The translations under genes and the position numbers were made by a program. DNA of 64,000 bases, taken from Octopus vulgaris. Taxonomy: Eukaryota. The notes under the pieces were generated by a model. That model ran no database searches and was not told the DNA's origin. It saw only the letters and a program-made list of their open reading frames with translations. Where the stretch lies: positions 162,998,001-163,062,000 of the forward strand of contig OX597817.1 of assembly GCA_951406725.2 (NCBI GenBank). Direction: 5' to 3'. Of the stretch, positions 23,535 to 37,520 are shown piece after piece. Each line of letters starts with the position of its first letter. The first letter of the stretch is position 1.

Positions 23535-26500
23535 GTAAGTAATGAATTAACTTAATTAAAAACTAGTTTACTTGTGTCATTGAAAACTTTAAATAATTTA
23601 ATCAGATTCTCTTGCAGACTTCATTTTGTAATTATAAAATTTCAGCCTTTCTTGATTTTCGTTTCTGTTTTTCTTTTGTTTTCTTTCCTACCTACCACAT
23701 CAAGAATATGTTGAATTTATGACAGGAAGAGTGACTATCTTAATTTTTACATATTTTTTATGAAATTTTTATTTAAATTCATTGATGCTGGGAAGTTGGC
23801 GGAAATAGTTGAGCATTTGGCTAAATCCTGGCAGTATTGTAATTTCTCTTATATTCCAAGTTCAAATTCTACTGGTATCAACTTTCTTTTTTGCTCCATC
23901 AGTGAAGACATGTATTTGGACTAGTTCAGGTATTACTCCTCCCTCTCCCTTAAAAAATATCTCTGGCCATGTGCTCAAAAACTACTAAGGTGCAGGAGTG
24001 GCTGTGTGGTACATAGCTTGCTTAACAACCACACGGTTTCAGGTTCAGTCCCACTGCATGGCACCTTGGACAAGTGTTTTCTACTATAGCCACGGGCTGA
24101 CCAAAGCCTTGTGAGTGGATTTGGTAAAAAGAAACTGAAAGAAGCCCATCGTATATATGTATATATATATATGTTTGTGTGTCTGTATTTGTCCCCCGCC
24201 ACCAACATCGCTTGACAACCAATGCTGGTGTGTTTAGGTCCTCGTAACTTAGTGGTGCGGCAAAAGAAACCGATAGAATAAGTACTAGGCTTACAAAGAA
24301 TAAGTCCTGGGGTCGATTTCCTTGACTAAAGGCGGTGCGCCAGCATCACCACAGTCAAATGACTGAAACAAATAGAAGATTATATTTAAATTGATCAAAA
24401 GGAAAAAAAAGTTACCACCTATTTATCGTGCTTAATTGTTGATAAATCAATTGTTGTAATATTTGTCCTGACATCCCTTATGGATGTGATGTGTTAAAAA
24501 TACATCCATAAGAGATGCCACCTCAGGACAAATACTGCAGTAATGGACCTTTGAACAGGGTACATACATTAAGTATGATACATAGATGGTTATTTTAATT
24601 TAATACTGCCTCAATTGCATATAATGGATTTTTAGAAGAAAATAATTGTCTACAATGATGCTGGTGCGTTTATGTCATCGTAACTTAGTGGTTCAGCAAA
24701 AGCAACCATTAGAATAAGTACTAGGCTTACAAAGAATAAGTCCTGGGGTCGATTTGCTCGACTAAAGGCGGTGCTCCAGCATGGCCACAGTCAAATGATT
24801 GAAACAAGTAAAAGAGTAAAAAGAAAATTGATGCAAGAATTCTTGGCCTTAGATGAAGTCATCACAGTTACTTTCTTGTCTCATTCTCCAACAGACACAG
24901 CTCTCTGTAACTATATCAGCTCTAAACAACTTAGGAACTTGTTGCACTCCAAACAATGAGTTCAGGCATGGATGAGTGACTGGGGCAATCTGTTGGTTAC
25001 AGTGATGCATGTTCCATGTTCCAGTTGATTCAATCAATGGAACAGCCTGCTCATGAAATTAATGTGCAAGTGGCTGAGCACTCCACAGGACAAGTGTACC
25101 CGTCTCATAGTTCTCAGGGTGATTTCGGTATGACACACTGAATGTGACAAGGCTTGGCCTACTGAAGTACAGATACAACTCATGTTTGTCAGCTGAGTAG
25201 ACTGGAGCAATGTGAAATAAATTGTCTTGCTCAAGGACACAATGTGCTGTTGGGAATTGAACTTACAACCTTACAGTTCTGAGCGGAATGCACTAACCAC
25301 TAAGCCATACCCCTTCATATGAACGAGTGGTTAAGAGGTTTACTACACGCTGTTGTTTTAGGTTCAGCCCCTTTGCACAACACCGGGCAAGTGTTTATTT
25401 GACCAATTCTTGCAAGTGGAATTTAGTAGCTAGAAATTGTGGAAGTACAGTTATAAAGGTAGCGAGCTGGCAGAAACGTTAGCATGCTGGGCGAAATGCT
25501 TAGCAGTATTTCGTCTGCCGCTACGTTGTGAGTTCAAATTCCGCCGAGGTCAACTTTGCCTTTCATCCTTTTGGGGTTGATTAAATAAGTACCAGTTATG
25601 TACTGGGGTCAATTAAATAAGTACTAGTTATGCACTGGGGTCGATATAATCGACTTAATCCGTTTGTCTGTCCTTGTTTGTCCCCCTCTGTGTGTAACCC
25701 CTTGTAGGCAGTAAAGAAATAAGAAAGTGTGGAAGTACATCGTGTGTCTGTATCTTTCACTGGTTTATATTAGCAAATGATGTAAACATCACTGAGAAAA
25801 CTGAAAAAAAGCAGAGCTTTTTGAATGAAATCTTTTGCAATACTTCTTCTGTACCAAGTTACAGACAATCCCCTTTTACTTTCGCCATCAGAAATGTAGT
25901 GAAACTGTAATTAGCCTATTGGAAACAGTAAAGACAATAAGAAAGTGTGGAAGTACATTCGTGTGTCTGTATCTTTCACTGGTTTATATTAGCAAATGAT
26001 GTAAACATCACTGAGAAAACTGAAAGAAAGCGGGTTCATTCCCATTGCGTGGCACTTTGGGCAAGTGCTTTCTACTATAGTCTCGGGCCGACCAAAGCCT
26101 TGTGAGTGGATTTGGGAGATAGAAACTGAAAGAAGCCCATCGTATATATGTATATGTATATAAATGTGTGTATATATGTTTGTGTTTGTGTTTGTCCCTC
26201 CAACATCGCTTGACAACTGATGGTGGTATGTTTACGTCCCCGTAACTTAGCGGTTCGACAAAAGAGACCAATAGAATAAGTACTAGGCTTCCAAAGAATA
26301 AGTCCTGGGGTCGAGATGCTCTATGTTTCTTTCATTTAATTTTAAATTAACAAAGAATTTAGTAAAATAACTTAGTTATCATTAAGCTGGTGTAAGGAAC
26401 ATAAATTGTGACTAAATTTTGGTGGAAGATTTTAATTGGAAACTTATGAAAACAAGACATTTATACTACAGAGCAGGAGGCGGTTTCAGCCGGGTTGGTA

Positions 26501-27221
26501 TTGAAAGGGTTAAAAGCTACCCTGTGGTAATCATCTTTCTCCTCTTTGCTTCTTCTATGTTGTCATGGAAGGAGAAATCAGCTGCATGGTTTATTACCAA
26601 TCATCTATACAAATCGTAGTAACTGTATCACAGCCAAATTATAATCCTATTCACAAGGTTTTAAATATTTGAGATTCTGTTTTTATGCTATTATTTACTT
26701 TACTTTAACTGTATAAATTCTTTGCTTTCTGAACAGTGTTCGCATTAATTGTGTACATATAAAAATGATAGATTTACACCTTACAATTATGGCCTATAAA
26801 CTTTTGTTAATACTAGCATAGAGTATTGATTTATATATACTTGTTCTATGCTAATTATGTTTCTGGTGAGACAGCTGCAGAACATTGTGTTTGAGTGACA
26901 TAAAATCTGACATGTACTGGTCTTTGAAGTAGTAATAAAGTCAAATGTGGATAAGGCTTGCGAATGTTCAAATGATATATTTATATGAGTGGAAGATGAA
27001 CCAGGAGAAGTAATTCATTCAGCTGAGCTTTAGATTTATTGCTTTCCTAGAATAATTCAGTTTATAGGTACAGATGCGGCTGTGTGGTTAAGAGCTTGTT
27101 TCCCTACCACATGGCTTTGGATTCAGTCTCACTGCATGGCACCTTGAACAAGTGTCTTCTACTATAGCCTTGGGTTGACCAATACCTTGTGAGTGAATTT
27201 GATAGACAGAAACTGAACAGA

Positions 27222-27822
27222 AGGTGGCAAGTTGGCAGAAACGTTAGCATGCTGGGCGAAATGCTTAGCGGTATTTCGTCTGCCGCTACGTTCTGAGTTC
27301 AAATTCCGCTGAGGTCGACTTTGCCTTTCATCCTTTCGGGGTCAATTAAATAAGTACCAGTTACGCACTGGGGTCGATATAATCGACTTAATCCCTTTGT
27401 CTGTCCTTGTTTGTCCTCTCTGTGTTTAGCCCCTTGTGGGTAGTAAAGAAATAGGTATTTCGTCTGTTTCTACGTTCTGAGTTCAGATTCCACCGAGGTC
27501 AACTTTGCCTTTCATCCTTTCGGGGTCAATTAAATAAGTACCAGTTACGCACTGGGGTCGATATAATTGACTTAATCCCTTTGTCTGTCCTTGTTTGTCC
27601 TCTCTGTGTTTAGCCCCTTGTGGGTAGTAAAGAAATAGGTATTTCGTCTGTTTCTACATTCTGAGTTCAAATTCTACCGAGGTCGACTTTGCCTTTCATC
27701 CTTTTGGGGTCAATTAAATAAGTACCAGTTACGCACTGGGGTCAATATAATCGACTTAATCTGTTTGTCTGTCCTTGTTTGTCCCCTCTGTGTTTAGCCC
27801 TTTGTGGGCAATAAAGAAATAA
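27222..27822 (+). repeat. Three tandem SINE B units inserted in a SINE A
   Basis: About 184-bp unit repeated three times. GAAACTGAACAGAAG flanks both sides (TSD-like). Confidence 0.85.
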
Positions 27823-28107
27823 GAAACTGAACAGAAGCCAGTTATATGTCAGACTTGTTTGTGGAGAGCACTTTCAGCAGAAGCCAAGACTATAATTTAA
27901 GTTTGTGTAAAGTCCTTGTTGAGAGTATGTAAAATATGTGAAAGTCATTTGGGAAAGCAATGCTTATCATCAGCACCAGTGGAGGAAACAGATAAAGGAA
28001 GGAGTGAGTGCTTTTTACTATAGCCTTGGGCTGACCAAATCCTTGAGTGGATTTGGTAGACGGAAACTGAAAGAAGCTCATCGTATATATGTATGTTTGT
28101 GTGTGTG

Positions 28108-28146
<39 letters not shown>

Positions 28147-28796
28147 ATATGTTTGTGTGTCTTTGTCTCCCCAACATCGCTTGACAACCGGTGCTGGTGT
28201 GTTTATGTCTCTGTAACTTAGCAGTTTGGCAAAAGAGACCAATAGAATAAATACTGGGCTTTCAAAGAATAAGTCCTGGGGTCGATTTGCTCGACTAAAG
28301 GCGGTGCTCCAGCATGGCCACAGTCAAATGACTGAAACAAGTAATAGAGTAAAAGAGCCAGAAAAAATACCATTAATCATTTTGTCTGACATACTAATGA
28401 TTCTGCCACTTTGCTGCCTTAGCCAAATTTGTATAATGTATTTATAAGAGGTAGGTTAAAATAATGACTGGTATTGGTGGCATTATATGCGTGAGAGAGA
28501 GAGAGAGACAGTTGCTTGTGTGAACCTTAATTGATGATGCATTGAATGAAATGTACTGCATGATAGATCGCCATGATAGATCGTTAGCCACTACACACAT
28601 TTTTTTCTCTCCTTGTTTTTTCTGTGTCCCTTTCTGTAGAAGACTTTTTCTATTCTCGAGCGTTTGTTTTGTACATCATCTGTCTTTGTCTTTTGTTTTT
28701 TTCGTAAACTCTCCCTATACTGCATGATAATTGTATAAGGGTTGAATATTTCATTATTACTATTACAGTCATAATTTCTTTTTGTACTTTTTCTAG

Positions 28797-28934
28797 GCGG
28801 GCGCATCACAGGTGGTGTTTACAAATCCTTTAGAAATTGTTAAAATTCGCTTACAAGTTGCTGGTGAAATTGTTGGGAAACGTATCAGTGCTTTATCTGT
28901 GATCAGAGAACTGGGATTTTTTGGCTTATATAAG
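28797..28934 (+). CDS. SLC25A12: Aralar/citrin exon H, carrier repeat 2: [46 protein letters not shown]
   Basis: Signature PLEIVK. TAG acceptor, GTAAGG donor, phase 0/0. Confidence 0.98.
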
Positions 28935-29196
28935 GTAAGGTATATTGATTTCTTGATTGTTGCTTCTTTAGTTGCTTTCCCTGTTGGTTTGTATCCAACA
29001 GCTCCTGTGAATAATTCTTCGAAGTGGTTCTTTGAAATGGATCATAGTTGATTGAGTTCATTTGTACTGGCCTTTCAGTCTAAAGTGTGACAGTTTGTAT
29101 CCTGTTACTGCACGTAACTCTCAACAGACCCTATTCATAGGTGGTATCACTTAGTGCTGTAAAATTTAGTGCTTCAGTATTAGAAATACCTGATGA

Positions 29197-29228
<32 letters not shown>

Positions 29229-29234
<6 letters not shown>

Positions 29235-29309
29235 CAAAATAAGCAACAAGGATATCCAGAGGTAATGCTGCATTACCTCTGGATATCCTTGTTGCTTATT
29301 TTGATTATA
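29229..29309. repeat. Perfect palindrome, 40-bp arms, 1-nt spacer, adjoining (TA)n
   Basis: TATAATCAAAATAAGCAACAAGGATATCCAGAGGTAATGC-T-reverse complement. Confidence 0.95.
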
Positions 29310-29630
29310 ATCACCCCATTTTGAATTATATGGATAATACCATACTAAATTCTGGTGCCTTTAACTTAAATACCATATTCAACTGAATCTAAAGTTTTAC
29401 TTAACTTATATTTATATATATATCATCATCATCCTCGTTTAACGTCCGTTCTCCATGCTAGCATGGGTTGGACGGTTCGACCGGGGATCTGGGAAGCCAG
29501 AAGGCTGCACCAGGCTCCAGTCTTATCTGGCAATGTTTCTACAGCTGGATGCCCTTCCTAACGCCAACCACTCCGTGAGTGTAGTGGGTGCTTTTTACGT
29601 GCCACCCGCACTTTTACGTGCCACCCGCAC

Positions 29631-29676
<46 letters not shown>

Positions 29677-30100
29677 TAAATATTTAAATAAATGTGTGTG
29701 TTTATATATATATAAACACACACATTCACACATACATATATATGCATTTAATTCATGATCATCCATTTGACAAAATATATTCCATGACCAGGCCATATCT
29801 TCTTTGAATGTGTCACCTCTCTGGACTATGTACATACATGCATGCCGCATTTTTTGTAGGATGGGGACGGTTGCATATAAAGATTCCCAGCTTTTAAAAT
29901 TGCATACACTTTTCTCTTGTTGTAGTTCAGGAGACTGTTAAGACCAAAACAAATATCACTGACTTGATCTTTGAGAAAGTTTTTCCATTCATCTGTCAGA
30001 ATTAACTGTAGTATTATGTTAGTTTGTAGCTAGTTTAATGATGACTAAACTGTTGTGTAAAGGGAAGATGCTGTTTTTTTTAAAAAAATTCAAATTTGTA

Positions 30101-30641
30101 TTAGGTTGTCCGGAAAGTCCATGCCAATTTTTAAAGGAAAGAAAAAGGTCAATAAATACTTGCCATTACATTTTTAATCAACCAAATATGAACCATTCTG
30201 TTGCACAATGCATCTCCATCTTTCCTCTAACTTGAAAATACCCTCTTCCCAAAATTGAGGTGGTTTCATGGCAAAGAATTCATCAAGGTATCTTTTTACA
30301 TCATCCAAGGAATTGAAATTTTTACCATTAAGACTATTCTGCAGAGACCTGAATGAGTGGAAATGCGAAAGAGCAATATCTAGTGAATGCAGAGCTGCAG
30401 CAATTTTTGTTTGGTTCCCAAAGCATCAAGTGCTGAACATGAACTTTCTTGTCTTCCATTTTAAAGGGTTACAGAATTAACACAGGTTATAGGAACATAA
30501 ACCTCCTTCCACGAAAAGATAGCTTAAACTGTGCTCTAAATGGAGGTGTAGTCAAATCCTATTTTATGGACTCAACCATGTTCTAAAATAAGTCAAAAGG
30601 TAAGATACTATAAATCGGCACAAACTTTCCGGACAGCCCAA
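30101..30641 (-). mobile_element. Internally deleted mariner transposon
   Basis: TA TSD, TTAGGTTGTCCGGAAAGT-type TIRs. Minus-strand remnants MEDKKVH.QHLMLWE and DIALSHFHSFRSLQNSLNGKNF...EGIFKLEERWRCIVQQNGSY*. Confidence 0.9.
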
Positions 30642-31570
30642 TAGTATGATACATTCATACTTTTATTGCAGCAAATGAGTGGTTCAATAGACTGTCAATG
30701 CTGACAGTCCCTTCTTTCATTATGATATAACCTTCAAATCTTGAATGCTATAGACAGTCTTCTTTGAATGTTTTATTTGATTCTTCTCAGGTTAAATGAA
30801 AGGAAAAAAAAATCTTGATTCCTCTAAGTAAGTAGCATTATCAAAGAAATTGAGGGCCTTTTCTTTGTATTGTTTAAGAATTTAATCTATCAGCAGTGAT
30901 TTTTATCTGATAAATGAGGCTTCCAGCTGTTTGTTCTCCTACAAATTCTGGGACCATATTTCTGGATATATTTCTTCCTTGATTAGTACTGAAATTCTTT
31001 GATGGTCTGCTTCTTGCTGTGGAATGAAGAGATTGGGCATAGCTGTTTGGATGATGATAGTTTGGTATGGCTGACTGAACATTCAGCCTGTCTTGGTGAC
31101 AGTACATTTTGGAATTGGAGACACATACACACAAACACACACATACATGTAGAAATGTACACATATAGGTGCAAGAGTGGCTGTGTGGTAAGTAGCTTGC
31201 TAACCAACCACATGGTTCAGGGTTCAGTCCCACTGTGTGGCATCTTGGGCAAGTGTCTTCTGCTATACCCCCAGGCCGACCAATGCCTTGTGAGTAGATT
31301 TGGTAGATGGAAACTGAAAGAAGCCTGTCGTGTATATATATGTATGTGTATGTGTTTGTGTTTGTCCCTCTACCATTGCTTGACAACCGATGCTGGTGTG
31401 TTTACGTCCCCGTCACTTAGCGGTTCGGCAGAAAAGAGACTGATAGAATAAGTACTGGGCTTACAAAGAATAAGTCCCGGGGTCGATTTGCTCGACTAAA
31501 GGCGGTGCTCCAGCATGGCCGCAGTCAAATGACTGAAACAAATAAAAGAGTAAAGAGTAATATAGATAGA

Positions 31571-32028
31571 CTAGCTGTTTTGACCTGTGCTTCACTCGGG
31601 TTTTGGTGGTGGTGTTGTCTCCTTTTCCCTTTCTTCTTTTGTTCGTCTTCTTTGCCTGGTTCTTTTTATTGCCCTCTTCTTTACCCCCTTTTCCAAAATC
31701 CCTCAAATTTTTACACCCACAATTAAAGATAACCGCCTCTAGCCCCTGCAGCAACACGAAAATCCACCATTATTCAAACAGTGCAACCTGACTATCCCAT
31801 AAAACTCAATTTTCCCCATATTCCTCACCATGGCAACCAAACGGTAGCCCCGAGCGACTTGCAACCCTCCCCACACCATTGCCCACCCCATTTTACCCTC
31901 CAGTGTAAATTTTGGCTCCAATCCGACCCCATCTACCGCCCCATCCCCAAAACCGTTCCCATCCCAAAATGAGACAAATAACCGAGAGATCAAACAACTT
32001 TTTCGCATTTCAGCTTTATAGATATTGA
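31571..32028 (-). mobile_element. Non-autonomous Helitron-like element, family 3
   Basis: Minus strand ends CCCGAGTGAAGCACAGG...CTAG. 5' end TC...TATAAAGCTGAA resembles family 2. Confidence 0.6.
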
Positions 32029-32769
32029 TAGATAGAAAGATAGATAGAGAGAGATTGAACATGATTGACGTAAATGCTTTCTCTCCCCTCATACACATAA
32101 AGAAAATTCGGAGTGGTTGGCGTTAGGAAGGGCATCCAGCTGTAGAAACATTGCCAGATTAGACTGGAGCCTGGTGCAGCCTTCTGGCTTCCCAGAACCC
32201 CGGTCGAACCGTCCAACCCATGCTAGCATGGAGAACGGACGTTAAACGACGATGATGATGATGATGATGCTCACACATAAACAGAGGAAAAGAGAAGGAG
32301 AAAATGAGAAAAAAACATTAAAATGTCTGATATCAATTAAGTCAGCATAGAATTGGAAACACCAAACAGGTGGTGCCAAAATGGCTGTGACAAAACATCT
32401 TGTATACTTCTTGCTGTTAAAAGCTAGTTTTGGTTGTCTTCTCTTTACTTTCTGAACTTGGAGACTTGTTTTCTTTGCTGGACCAAGTTTTCAAACTGTT
32501 GACTTGATTTGGGATTGTTGAATTTTGATGTATAAAAGGTAATGGAATGCTTAATCTTCTTTCTTCCAGCTTCTTTTTGATGGTCTCAAAAATACAATTG
32601 TCATAATAAAATGACAGAACGCTTTTTGCTTTCTTCTTAGAATGTCAAAAATGTTTGCCTCTTTTGGTAGGAGTCTCAATCATAAAAAAAAAAAAAGGAT
32701 GCAACATTGTGCTAGCTAATTATGTAAAACAATTATAAGTAACAAATTTTTATGACATAAAAGTTTACA

Positions 32770-33385
32770 TCTCTCAGTTATGGTCACCATCCAGTGTCAA
32801 GTTGATCACAGAGCTCGAGGCGATCCAACGTAGCTACACGAAGAAGATAGCCTCTATGCAGAATGTAAGCTACTGGGAAAGACTCAGGAAATTAAAATTA
32901 TATTCCCTGGAGCGTAGGCGGGAAAGATATGCCATAATATACATCTGGAAGATCCTGGAGGGAAGTGTCCTGAACTTTGGCATCGAGAGTTACGCAAATG
33001 CCAGAACTGGGCGCCACTGCGTGGTGCCTAGGACTCCAAACTTGCCATCAAGATGTAGGACAAGATTCTGTGATAGCCTGGGCTTCCGAGGCCCACAGCT
33101 CTTCAATATCCTCCCGAAGAACCTGAGAGACCTGCATGGGGTGGATACAGATGTCTTTAAAATGAAGCTGGATCTCTTCCTGTCAGGTGTCCCAGATGAA
33201 CCGACTTCACGGCAGGAGGGGCAGATGAGGGCAGCTGCATCGAACTCTCTCATGCACCAAATAGCAGCTCCTAGAAAGCCTTCATGAAGTGAAACCAAGT
33301 AGCAACACCAAATGGCGGTGCCCCAGCATGGCCACAGCTCATAAGCTGAAACTGGAAAAATCAAAATCAAAATCAAATCAATCCA
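32770..33385 (+). mobile_element. LINE (CR1/Jockey-like) 3' fragment
   Basis: LEAIQRSYTK...SYWERLRKLKLYSLERRRERY...GPQLFNILP. (AAATC)n tail. Confidence 0.9.
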
Positions 33386-33842
33386 AACCTCAAAAGATAT
33401 TGGGGGAGGGGAAACCCCAACAAAATCGAAGTAAAAGATCTAAAATGGAAATAAAGGAAAAAAAAGTAGAATCAAATTACTTTTATGTACTTCAAATGTT
33501 AGAATCAGGTGATTACAGTAATTAAATTATCATAGGAAACCTTGATTCGTAATACTTTAAAGTAGTTGGTATTAGAAAGGGCATCAAGCTGTAGAAACCA
33601 TGTCAAAGCTGACACCAGAGTTAGATGTGGACCTATGGCTCACTGGATCCTGTCAGACCATCCAACCCATATCTGTATACAGATGGACTTTAGATAATGA
33701 TGATGATGATGATAAAATTTCTTTTTGCTGTAACAGTTTAAAAATTTACTTTTGAATATTTGTAGGAATCAAATTTATACTGATTTATTATTTCTTTTTT
33801 CACTTAAATTGCTAATCATTGTGTATATTTTGCTTTTATTAG

Positions 33843-33981
33843 GGTGCCAAAGCCTGCTTCCTTCGTGATATCCCATTCTCTGCAATATACTTCCCTCTTT
33901 ATGCCTATTTAAAAAAACAATTTGCTGATCCAAATGGTTACAATTCTCCTATAAGTTTGCTTTGCGCTGCAACTATTGCAG
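33843..33981 (+). CDS. SLC25A12: Aralar/citrin exon I: [46 protein letters not shown](G)
   Basis: Diagnostic [18 protein letters not shown] acceptor, GTAAGT donor, phase 0/1. Not in the ORF track. Confidence 0.97.
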
Positions 33982-34593
33982 GTAAGTTATTGAGAAAATT
34001 TCTTTTCCTTTTGGAGACATTGGGACCTGACACAGCTCTGCAGCTTGTCAGATCCTGTCAAAACTGTCTAACCCATGTCAGCATAAAAGATAAACATTAA
34101 AGGATAAGATGATGATGAAGATGAGCTCTTATATGAAGATTGACATGGTCTTCAATACAACAACCTTTGATCTCACATCCACTCTTATATAATTCGGGGC
34201 AACCATGTATCTTTTCTATAGCAGGGCACCTCTGCTTGTCTCTCTGTCATACTTTGGCCTCTTAACACTTGGTATAGGGTCATCCCCACTCGATTACAAT
34301 CCTGCTAAGTTGAAGAGGGCTTCTTTTACTTTGCATTTCAAGTGACTTGGTGATCATACTGGTGCTGGTTTCATAAATAAGACACCCAGTACATTCTGTA
34401 AAGTGGTTGGCATTAGGAAGGGCATCCAGCCATGGAAACCATGCAAAAGCAGATATTGGAGCTTGATGCAGTTCTCCAGCTTGTTGGATCCTGTCAAATT
34501 TCCCAAACCCATGCAAATATGGAAGAAGGATGTTTAATGATGGTAAAGAATGGACACATGCAGATTTGAAGAATATGTAAAATAAAAGTTCTG

Positions 34594-34752
34594 GGCGTAA
34601 CTTCGGTATAAGTACTGGAAGTACTGGATACATTTCAAGAAAGTGTTTTTTTTATATATATATGGGGGGTTAGGGTTAGGGGTGGGAGAAAAGAGTTTCT
34701 GTTAAATCAAAGCCACTTTCGGTGCTTACAGTACTTATACCGAAGGATCGCC
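34594..34752. mobile_element. MITE with GG termini and perfect 8-bp TSD (Merlin-like)
   Basis: TIR GGCG...TTCGGTATAAGTACTG. TSD AAGTTCTG at 34586-34593 and 34753-34760. Internal GGGTTA repeats. Confidence 0.75.
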
Positions 34753-35528
34753 AAGTTCTGTTTAAAATTGATAACCAACATTTTTCTGTTGGCATGTCCT
34801 CATTTCTATTAGATACATTTCAATTAGTTTCTGTCTAATTTTAACTCAAGGAAATAGACAATTGTTTTCCATTAACCCCGACCCGCATGTGTGCACATGT
34901 GCGCACGCACACACACACACACACACACCTTTTAAAAGCATAATACCATTGATAAATTATGAACTTAGCCAAACTTTTCCTTTTAAACTCTTAAGCCTTA
35001 CCAACTGGCCTCTGGATGTCTTTAGCAAAGTACACTCTGTGGTAAGTATTCAACCCAGAGAGATGGTCTGAGGATAGCTTTCTTCATCCTGCTAGTCTCA
35101 GAATCCTTGAAAAAGATCATGGGTGATGCTCTTCACCTTCTTGTTCCTTTGTCATTTATTCAATTTCTTATGCTCTGTACTTGATTACCTCTTTTTTCGG
35201 AATAGTATATATATTTAGTTCTAACACCTGGTTATTAGTATTGCTATGCCTAAGTGAACACATTAAACATTAATATTTGTATATTCTAAGTTCTGCGAAT
35301 TGAAATATCTCATTGGAAAATGGAGATTCCAAGCCACATGACATCACATCATGCTTGTATATTAAAGCATAATATTAAGATCATTAAGATTGATAGAAAT
35401 AATGTGGAAGTGCATTAGCAGCACATGCAATATGATTATATGTCTCTGAGAAATATCTCATTTTGTAAAAGTAAGTTTAAGGTTTAATTTTTATGACTAT
35501 AAATATAACATTTTTTTATTGACTATAG

Positions 35529-35687
35529 GTATTCCAGCTGCCTCAATTCCTACTCCTGCTGATGTTATTAAAACCAGATTGCAGGTTGCTGCTCGAACCG
35601 GCCAAACCACATACAATGGAGTAATAGATTGTGCAAGGAAAATTTTGAAAGAAGAAGGTGGAAGTGCATTTTGGAAAGGTGCTCCAG
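35529..35687 (+). CDS. SLC25A12: Aralar/citrin exon J, carrier repeat 3: (G)[52 protein letters not shown]
   Basis: Signature PADVIK. TAG acceptor, GTAGGA donor, phase 1/1. Confidence 0.97.
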
Positions 35688-36455
35688 GTAGGAAAATTGT
35701 ATTGTATTTGTTATTGGTTTTAATAGAATAATTAAAAGAAAAAAAAAAGAAATGATGTGGCTGTATGGTTAAAAAGTTTGCTTCCCAACGACATGGCTTT
35801 GAGTTCAGTCCCTCTGCATGGCACCTTGAGCAAGTGACTTTTATTATTGTACTGGGCTGACCAAAGACTTGTGAATGGATTTAGTACTTGGAAATTAAAA
35901 GAAGCCTGTCATATAAAAAGCTGCCAGTTCACTCTGTAAACTGGGTGGTGTTAAGGAAGGTCATCTACCTGTAGAAACCATGCCAAAATAAATAACTGGA
36001 ACCTGGTGTAGCTCTCTGGCTGGTGAGCTCCTGTTGAACTGTCCAACCCATACCAGCATGGAAAATGGATGTTGTTGATGACGATGTATATATATATGTA
36101 TGTGTGAGTGCCTGTGTTTGTGTGTCCTAGTCTTGACATTACATGGTTATTGTAAATGAATGTCATTCATTTCCAATATATGACAAGCTTCTTTCAGTTT
36201 CCGTCTACCAAATCCACTCACAAGGCTTTGGTCGGCCCGAGGCTATAGTAAAAGACACTTGCCCAAGGTGCCACGCAGTGGGACTGAACCTGGAACCATG
36301 TGGTTGGTAAGCAAGCTACTTACCACACAGCCACTCCTGCACCTGAGTTGTTTGTGATGTAAAAGATTATATCCTTGTGGAATGCAAAAGCACCTTCATC
36401 TTGTTGTTTCATAGTCTGATATTGTCAAGGATTTATGACATAGGAACAAATATAA

Positions 36456-36593
<138 letters not shown>

Positions 36594-37335
36594 TAAGACT
36601 TTAATCTATAATTAAAGCTATATTTTAAATATTTTTTTTTTCAGGAAGGAAGTATAAGTTTAGATAGATTTTTTTCCTTTGGCTTTTTGTTTTGTTCTCT
36701 TTTGTTTCTTTTTTTTTTTTATTATTATTTTCCATTTCCAAAAGACAAGAACTTAAAGAAGGTATGTAAAAGAGCCTGCAAAAGTGAAAAAATAAATTAT
36801 TTACAGCCATGTATAATATAAATACTATTGATAAAATAGAAATGTTTGGAAAAAGGAAGAGTGTGAGGGAAGTTAAAGTTTAAAGCTTTCAAAGTTGCTT
36901 TAGTTAATTTAGTTAATTGGGATACAACAATTACATTTTAATGAAGGCATCATCTAATAGAATTTCTGGAATGGTCTAAGTTATAGAAAGAAAACAAAAA
37001 TGAAGTCTTAATATTGATGATGTTAATTACTATTAACTTTTACTATAAGTTCAGTATAAGTACAATGCTCTAGTTATTTTAAAACATATAATGTTTAACC
37101 TATATGATTATACTTTAGAGTGATATAGACCAAACTATACAATACCGTTAATTAGAGTAATATAGATCAAACTATAAAACTTGATAATTTGAGTCCTATA
37201 TTTACATATTCATTTAATTAGTCATGCATATCCTTCAGTAAGCATCGATTTTATGAGCCTTTACTGTAGTTCACAGAGTTGCGATTTTTATCTCCTAGCT
37301 CTCCATATATATATATATATATATATATGTATATG

Positions 37336-37434
37336 TATAAATTAGAAAAAAACCTACCTTTTATCAATTCAATAATGAAAAATTAAATTATACCATTATT
37401 GAATTGATAAAAGATGTTTTTTTTCTAGTTTATA
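37336..37434. repeat. Imperfect palindrome, about 42-bp arms, between (TA)n tracts
   Basis: CTTTTATCAATTCAATAATG / CATTATTGAATTGATAAAAG plus outer arms. Confidence 0.85.
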
Positions 37435-37520
37435 TATATATATATATATATTTTGTGAAATTTGATTTAGTATTTCTAAATTGAATTTTTCCCTGTAAGT
37501 TTGGAAGAATATTCCCTCAT

